Positions 34,865 to 40,212 of a DNA stretch of 40,212 nucleotides are shown here, in pieces. Origin of the DNA: Actinomycetes bacterium (GTDB lineage Bacteria > Actinomycetota > Actinomycetes > S36-B12); assembly GCA_046085905.1 (NCBI GenBank), contig JBJSWO010000201.1, positions 1 to 40,212 of the forward strand, written 5' to 3'. The stretch's first letter is position 1. Every line of letters begins with the position of its first letter. Under the pieces are notes generated by a model. That model worked only from the letters and a program-made list of their open reading frames with translations. It made no database searches and was not told where the DNA came from. Made by a program: the position numbers and the translations under genes.

Positions 34865-34905
34865 AACGACGAAGCCCCCGGCATGATGCCGGGGGCTTCG
34901 TCGTT
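34865..34905. terminator. Bidirectional terminator between convergent iolG and the ABC ATPase
   Basis: Perfect 20-bp inverted repeat aacgacgaagcccccggcat-g-atgccgggggcttcgtcgtt. Confidence 0.88.
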
Positions 34906-34916
34906 CGTTGTCGTGC

Positions 34917-35738
34917 CTAGGCGGTTGCAGGCACCCGGACGGGGCCGAGGGCCTGGTCCTTCTCGTCGACCTTGAGCGCGCCGGTCATGATGGCGACTGC
35001 GTCGTTCATGGTGTGGGTCTGCGGAGTGACGACAGCTGCACGGCTGCCGAGGCGCTGCACGTGAATGCGGTCGGCAACCTCGAAGACCTGCGGCATGTTG
35101 TGCGAGATCAGGATGATGGGAAGACCGCGATCGCGCATGAGCTCGATCATCTTGAGGACCTGATTCGACTCGCGAACGCCGAGAGCTGCGGTCGGCTCGT
35201 CGAGGATGACGACCTTGCTGCCGAATGCCTCGGCGCGAGCGACGGACACTGCCTGGCGCTGGCCGCCCGAGAGGGTCTCGACTGCCTGCGACATGTCCTG
35301 CAGCGTGCCGATGCCGAGCTTGGTCATCTGCTCCTTGGCGGTGGTGCGCATGCCCGAGTGGTCGAGCCTGCGGAACACGGTGCCCAGGAAACCGCTCTTG
35401 CGCTTCTCGCGACCCAGGTACAGGTTGCTGGCGATGTCGAGGGCCGGTGCGACCGCGAGGGTCTGGTACACGGTCTCGATGCCGAAGGCACGTGCGTCGA
35501 GCGATGACCGGAACGAGACCTCATTGCCGTCGATCAGGATCTGGCCCGAATCAGGAGTCTCGGCTCCTGAGATGCACTTGATCAGGGTCGACTTGCCGGC
35601 GCCGTTGTCGCCGATGACCGCGAGAACCTCGCCGGGGTAGAGCTCGAGGTTCGCCGAGTTGAGGCCCACGACGCGACCGAAGGTCTTGATCAGGCCCTTG
35701 GCCTCGACGACGGGACGGACGGAGGAGAGATCACTCAT
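34917..35738 (-). CDS. Monosaccharide ABC transporter ATP-binding protein (single NBD, FrcA-like)
   Basis: GDNGAGKS, LSGGQRQ, LDEPTAALG and ISHN motifs; ATGA overlap with the permease. Confidence 0.93.
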   Translation of the reverse strand: MSDLSSVRPVVEAKGLIKTFGRVVGLNSANLELYPGEVLAVIGDNGAGKSTLIKCISGAETPDSGQILIDGNEVSFRSSLDARAFGIETVYQTLAVAPALDIASNLYLGREKRKSGFLGTVFRRLDHSGMRTTAKEQMTKLGIGTLQDMSQAVETLSGGQRQAVSVARAEAFGSKVVILDEPTAALGVRESNQVLKMIELMRDRGLPIILISHNMPQVFEVADRIHVQRLGSRAAVVTPQTHTMNDAVAIMTGALKVDEKDQALGPVRVPATA

Positions 35739-36772
35739 GATCGAACCTTTCGAATCCATTGGTCGAGGGCGACCGAGACGATGACCAGGATGCCGATGGC
35801 CAGGACCTTGTAGGCCTGGTCGAGACCGGCGAGCACCAGGCCGTTGGAGACGACGCCGACCAGGATGGCACCGATCAGGGTGCCGAACATGGTGCCGCGG
35901 CCACCGAACAGCGAGGTGCCGCCGATGACGACTGCCGTGATCGACTCAAGGTTGGCGTCGGGAAGGATCGTCGGGCTGGCGGAGCCCACTCGGCCGATCG
36001 CGATCCAGCCGGCGATCGCGAGCACGATGCCGCCGACGAGGTAGACGCTGAAGAGCACGCGGCCCACGCGGATACCGGCGAGGGATGCCGCTGCCGGGTC
36101 GTCGCCGACGGCGTAGACGTGCTTGCCCCATGCGGTGTTCTTGAGCACCCAGCTGAAGAAGATGTAGAGCAGCAGCATCATGACCACGCCGTAGGTGATC
36201 TTGAAGGAGCCGACCTGGAGCGGGTTGCCCAGCCACAGGAGGATGTCGGCGGCCTCGCCCATCTTGTCCTTGTTGATCGTGCGACCGGTCGCGTAGATCA
36301 AGGTGACAGCCATGAAGATGCTGAGCGTGCCCAGGGTGACGATGAAGGGCGGCAGCTTCAACTTGGTGATCAGGAAGCCATTGAGGGCACCTGCGGCCGC
36401 ACCGACGGCGAAGCCGAGGAGGAGTGCGATCGGCCCCGGCACGCCCTGCTCGGCGGCCGTCTTTGCCATGACCATGGAGGACAGGACGGCGACAGCGCCG
36501 ACGGAGAGGTCGATGCCTGCGGTGAGGATGACGAGGGTCTGAGCGACGGCGAGAGCGCCGACGATCGACACCTGCTGAGTGATCAGCGAGAGATTCGAGA
36601 TCGCCCAGAAGCGCTCGTTGATGAGCCCGAAGATGATGACCGCGACCAGCAGCACGATGGCCGGGCTGATCCAGGGGTACTTATGGACGGCGTTGTGAAA
36701 ATGGTGCATGGGGCCCTTGCGATCGAGATTCTCGATCAAGGACTCAGCATCGGTCGTGGTGGGGGTACTCAC
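35735..36772 (-). CDS. Monosaccharide ABC transporter permease (RbsC/FrcC-like)
   Basis: TAGIDLSVG, LPPFIVTLG and ITAVVIGGTSLFGGRG motifs. Confidence 0.93.
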   Translation of the reverse strand: MSTPTTTDAESLIENLDRKGPMHHFHNAVHKYPWISPAIVLLVAVIIFGLINERFWAISNLSLITQQVSIVGALAVAQTLVILTAGIDLSVGAVAVLSSMVMAKTAAEQGVPGPIALLLGFAVGAAAGALNGFLITKLKLPPFIVTLGTLSIFMAVTLIYATGRTINKDKMGEAADILLWLGNPLQVGSFKITYGVVMMLLLYIFFSWVLKNTAWGKHVYAVGDDPAAASLAGIRVGRVLFSVYLVGGIVLAIAGWIAIGRVGSASPTILPDANLESITAVVIGGTSLFGGRGTMFGTLIGAILVGVVSNGLVLAGLDQAYKVLAIGILVIVSVALDQWIRKVRS

Positions 36773-36894
36773 CCGCCTACCTCCTCATTAGTGGTTGATC
36801 TGCCCCGAAGTTCACACCATTCGGGCGGGTGTGTCCTGCGAAACCGCAATTGTCTTGCCGGAAATCAGTGGTGCACGTTCAGGTCTTGCGATGA

Positions 36895-36928
36895 AGAGGG
36901 GCCGTGGGGTTGTTCCCACGGCCCCTCT
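36895..36928 (-). terminator. Intra-operon hairpin after the substrate-binding protein gene (mRNA stabiliser or partial terminator)
   Basis: 14-bp stem agaggggccgtggg / cccacggcccctct with a 6-nt loop. Confidence 0.7.
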
Positions 36929-36968
36929 CACCTGCTCAGTCAGGCACTAGGCCGGACCAGCTGAGGAT

Positions 36969-38117
36969 TTATCCCCAAGCGTTGTCGATGCAGTACTGCG
37001 CATCCTTCTGCTCGGCGATGGTGACCGTGGTCTGCGGCTCGTTGGTGCAGAGCACGACGCCGGTGTCGAAGAAGTCCTTGCCCTCGGTCACGGCCGGCTT
37101 GGTGCCGGTGGTCGCGAGGTCGAAGATCGCCTTAACACCGTACTCCGCCATCTTCAGCGGGTACTGCTGCGAGGTTGCACCGATGATGCCGGCCTTGACA
37201 GCCTCGACGCCGGACAGGCCGCCGTCGACGGAAACGATCTGGACGTCCTTGCCAACGGTCTTGCCGGCTGCCTTGAGGGCAACCTCAGCACCGAGGGCTG
37301 CGGGCTCGTTGATCGTGTAGACCAGGTTGATGTCGGGGTTCTTCGAGAGGCAGTCTTCCATGCCCTTCTGGCCACCCTCTTCGTTTGCACCGGTGGCAAC
37401 GAGGCATGCGATCTCGTAGTCGCCGCCCTTGCCGGTGGTGTACTTGCCGGTGAGCTCCTCGTCGCCCATGACCTTCTCGTCATTGATGGCGATGCCCATG
37501 CCGTCGAGGAAGCCGTTGTCGCGCTTGTAGTCGACAGTCAGTGCCTCAGCGTCGGTGATGATCAGGCGTGCGATGACAGCCTTGGCACCGTCGAGCTTGC
37601 CGGCTGCCCACTGGCCGATGGCCTGGCCTGCGACGAAGTTGTCGGTTGCGAAGGTGATGTCGACGATGTCGGCCGGATCGGTCGGGGTGTCGAGTGCGAT
37701 GACCAGGAGGCCAGCTGCACGTGCTGCGGTGATGGCATCGTTCACGCCCGGGCCTGCCGGGGTGATGAGGATGCCCTTCTGGCCCTGGGCGACGGCGTTC
37801 TCGATTGCGGCAACCTGGCCAGCAACGTCGGTGTCGTCCTTGCCCGAGGCGAGGGTCAGGGTCACGCCATTGGCGTCAGCAGCCTGCTGTGCACCCTCGG
37901 CCATTGCGACGAAGAAGGGGTTGGTCTGGTTCTTCGTGATCAGCGAAACAGCGACCTCGCCGCCGGCTGCGGGAGCAGCCTCGCTGGCTGCCGGGGCAGC
38001 AGATGCTTCAGTGGAGGACGACGAGGAGCCGGAGCTGCACGCCGCCAGGGTGACGGAGAGCACGCCGACAGCAGCAACAGCTGCGAAGGCGCGTCCGCGG
38101 GTCACGCGGTTCTTCAT
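36969..38117 (-). CDS. Sugar ABC transporter substrate-binding lipoprotein (RbsB/FrcB-like)
   Basis: Lipobox LAAC; LITK..TNPFF, ALDT, FATDN, VYTINEP, SVDG and QQYP motifs. Confidence 0.92.
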   Translation of the reverse strand: MKNRVTRGRAFAAVAAVGVLSVTLAACSSGSSSSSTEASAAPAASEAAPAAGGEVAVSLITKNQTNPFFVAMAEGAQQAADANGVTLTLASGKDDTDVAGQVAAIENAVAQGQKGILITPAGPGVNDAITAARAAGLLVIALDTPTDPADIVDITFATDNFVAGQAIGQWAAGKLDGAKAVIARLIITDAEALTVDYKRDNGFLDGMGIAINDEKVMGDEELTGKYTTGKGGDYEIACLVATGANEEGGQKGMEDCLSKNPDINLVYTINEPAALGAEVALKAAGKTVGKDVQIVSVDGGLSGVEAVKAGIIGATSQQYPLKMAEYGVKAIFDLATTGTKPAVTEGKDFFDTGVVLCTNEPQTTVTIAEQKDAQYCIDNAWG

Positions 38118-38179
38118 GGATTTCCCTTCGAAGGGTTTGGGTTGACTGTGGCGTGAAGGCCACATCCCTTGTATAGGGG

Positions 38180-38194
38180 ATGGAGCGCTCCAAT
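38180..38194. promoter_or_regulatory. Second copy of the TGGAGCGCTCCA LacI-type operator
   Basis: Palindrome at 38181-38192, identical to the core upstream of iolC. Confidence 0.8.
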
Positions 38195-38297
38195 TCCACA
38201 TGGGATCGGGACTTGTTATGAGACCGTTACGGGGTCGCCGCCTATGGCCTCACACCAGTCCCAAGAGTTCATCTGGATCACTTCGCCGCCAGGTGTG

Positions 38298-38311
38298 TGA
38301 CAACGTTGTCA
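38298..38311. promoter_or_regulatory. LacI-type operator TGACAACGTTGTCA
   Basis: Perfect 14-bp palindrome between the divergent SBP and LacI genes. Confidence 0.8.
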
Positions 38312-38374
38312 TCCATTTCTAGGGCCCAGATTCCTCCCTGTCAAGAGGTTTGCTCTGGAATACTCGCGATTGAG

Positions 38375-39442
38375 ATGACAACGTTATCGACCGCCTCAAG
38401 CGCCGCCCCCGTGACGGTGGAGAGCCCTCGCACTCGACCGACGATGCGTGACGTCGCCGCCCTCGCCGGTGTGTCATTGAAGACGGTGTCTCGGGTGGTC
38501 AATCGCGAGGAGGGTGTCTCCGATGACCTCATCGCTAAGGTCGAGCGGGCTGCCACCCAGCTCGACTACCGACCCAATCTCACGGCCAGCAACCTGCGTC
38601 GCTCCGACCGCAAGACAGCCACCTGGGGCCTCCTGCTCGAGGACGTCGCGAATCCCTTCTCCTCAGCCGTTCACCGCGGGGTCGAGGAGGTAGCCCGCGA
38701 GCTCGGGGTTGCGGTCTTCGCCGCGAGCATGGACGAGGATCCTGAGCGCGAACGCGAACTCGTGTCGATGTTCTCGTCACGACGGGTCGATGCGCTGATC
38801 ATCGCCCCGACCGCCACCGAGCACGCCTACCTGGCGAACGAAGTGCGCAACGGAATCTCCCTCGTGTTCATCGATCGCCCCGCTTTCGGCATCGATGCCG
38901 ACTGCGTGGTCACCGATAACCGCGCCGGCTCTGCTGAAGCGACCCGTCACCTCATCCAGCAAGGGCATAGGCGCATTGCCTTCATCGGTGACTACGCCAG
39001 CATCATCACGGCGAATGAGCGCTACCAGGGGTATGTCGATGCTATGGCCGCAGCGGGCGTGCAGGTGCACCCGGAATTCGTGAAGCGCGATGTGCACGAT
39101 GCCGCGCAGGCCGCCGATGCCGTGCGCGGACTGCTCGCCCTGGCGAATGCGCCGACTGCGCTCTTCACGGCACAGAACCTCATCACCATGGGAGCCGTCG
39201 AGGCTCTTCGCGATGCAGGAGTGCAGCATCGCGTTGCTCTCGTCGGCTTCGATGATTTCGCGATGGCGAATCTTCTCGATCCGGCCGTGACCGTTATCGC
39301 GCAGGATCCCCGGGCAATCGGTCGGCTAGCGGCCACACTGGTGAACGAACGGCTCGCTCGCTCCCACCTTCCGGTGAGTGTGCATGTCGTGCCGTCGGCG
39401 CTGATAGCCAGGGGCTCCGGCGAGATCGCGCCCGCCGACTAG
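38375..39442 (+). CDS. LacI family transcriptional regulator
   Basis: PTMRDVAALAGVSLKTVSRVVN HTH; YRPN, NPF, TDN and VGFDD motifs; start uncertain (ATG 38375 preferred). Confidence 0.95.
   Translation: MTTLSTASSAAPVTVESPRTRPTMRDVAALAGVSLKTVSRVVNREEGVSDDLIAKVERAATQLDYRPNLTASNLRRSDRKTATWGLLLEDVANPFSSAVHRGVEEVARELGVAVFAASMDEDPERERELVSMFSSRRVDALIIAPTATEHAYLANEVRNGISLVFIDRPAFGIDADCVVTDNRAGSAEATRHLIQQGHRRIAFIGDYASIITANERYQGYVDAMAAAGVQVHPEFVKRDVHDAAQAADAVRGLLALANAPTALFTAQNLITMGAVEALRDAGVQHRVALVGFDDFAMANLLDPAVTVIAQDPRAIGRLAATLVNERLARSHLPVSVHVVPSALIARGSGEIAPAD
38376..38389. promoter_or_regulatory. Degenerate TGACAACGTTATCG operator overlapping the LacI start codon
   Basis: 12/14 match to the 38298 palindrome; overlaps ATG 38375. 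Confidence 0.65.
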
Positions 39443-40212
39443 TCAGGAACGCGGTGCCGCAGTCGAGCGGCGAGTGACCAAAGTCGGTGCGATATCGACG
39501 AAATCGGCACCTCGACGGGGCTTGTCGATGCGGCGATTGATGAGCTCGACACTTGCCTTGGCCATCTCGGCCAGCGGTTGGCGCACGCTCGTAAGCGACA
39601 GCAGATCGAGCTTGGCCAGCATCGTGTCGTCATAGCCGACCAGTGAGACGTCGCCGGGTATGGAGATGCCCTCACGCTGAAGCACGGCAGCGACACCGGC
39701 AGCGACAGCATCATTAGCGCAGTAGATAGCAGTGGGCAGCGCGCCGCGCACGAGCTGCTCGGCAGCCTCTCGACCTGCTTCCTCGGTGAACTCGCCACCG
39801 ATCACGCGCATCGATGCGGCAAGACCCGCATCACGCATGGACTGCATGAACCAGTCGCGCCTGGCCGCTGCGCCCGCGCCCGTGCCGCCGTCGATATGCA
39901 CGATGTCGCGGTGACCGAGGCTCACGAGATGATCGACGACGAGCTGGGCTCCGACTCTCTCGTCGTGCATCACGACGTCGATACGGGGAAGATCGACACG
40001 TCGCTCGACGCACACGAGCGGTGCGATCTTCGACATCGAGGTGAGCACCGAGTCACTGATACGCGGTGACGCGAGAATCACGCCGTCGACGCGGTGATCA
40101 ATGAACGTGCGGAGCGCTTCGCTCTCGCGCTCGCCTTCGCGCCGCCCGTTGGCGAGCAGTGCGCGATAGCCCGCGGCCTCGGCCTCGGCCGCGAAGGCAT
40201 CGAGGACATCGG
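39443..40212 (-). CDS. LacI family regulator, ligand-binding domain (5' end outside window)
   Basis: Frame stays open to the window end (…RTFIDHRVDGVILASP…); GHRDI, CAND, IPGDVSLVGYDD, LTSVRQP and LVTRRST motifs. Confidence 0.92.
   Translation of the reverse strand, partial: DVLDAFAAEAEAAGYRALLANGRREGERESEALRTFIDHRVDGVILASPRISDSVLTSMSKIAPLVCVERRVDLPRIDVVMHDERVGAQLVVDHLVSLGHRDIVHIDGGTGAGAAARRDWFMQSMRDAGLAASMRVIGGEFTEEAGREAAEQLVRGALPTAIYCANDAVAAGVAAVLQREGISIPGDVSLVGYDDTMLAKLDLLSLTSVRQPLAEMAKASVELINRRIDKPRRGADFVDIAPTLVTRRSTAAPRS

Overview
High-GC actinobacterial chromosome segment, mostly core and metabolic genes. From left to right: the end of an anti-sigma-like gene; a K+-channel-like membrane protein; a DUF4446-pheA-rmlB-rmlD-apt run, with a -1 frameshift near the 3' end of rmlB; a serS/HAD/PQ-loop block; a SET-domain protein; a GH88 lipoprotein; PhzF; a quinone oxidoreductase; an RCK K+ channel; TauE; and a degenerate MoeA. 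Next come an ApbE/ferric-reductase/PepSY extracytosolic flavinylation operon facing an OmpR-type two-component system, an NlpC/P60 gene under a c-di-AMP riboswitch, a GT4, trpB2, a nucleosidase, a flippase, tRNA-Ser(TGA), crtO and an alcohol dehydrogenase. The window ends with an inositol/cyclitol cluster (atypical aroE, iolC, aldolase, iolB, iolG, sugar ABC transporter, two LacI regulators, two different operator palindromes). The best candidate for an undescribed system is a ~0.7 kb standalone cassette at 26292-27005. It pairs a DUF3800-like (RNase H-like, DES...ADxxA) protein with a divergently oriented ~80-nt structured RNA that has its own TTGGCG-N17-TACATT promoter. All calls come from motif recognition by eye; no searches or folding programs were run.
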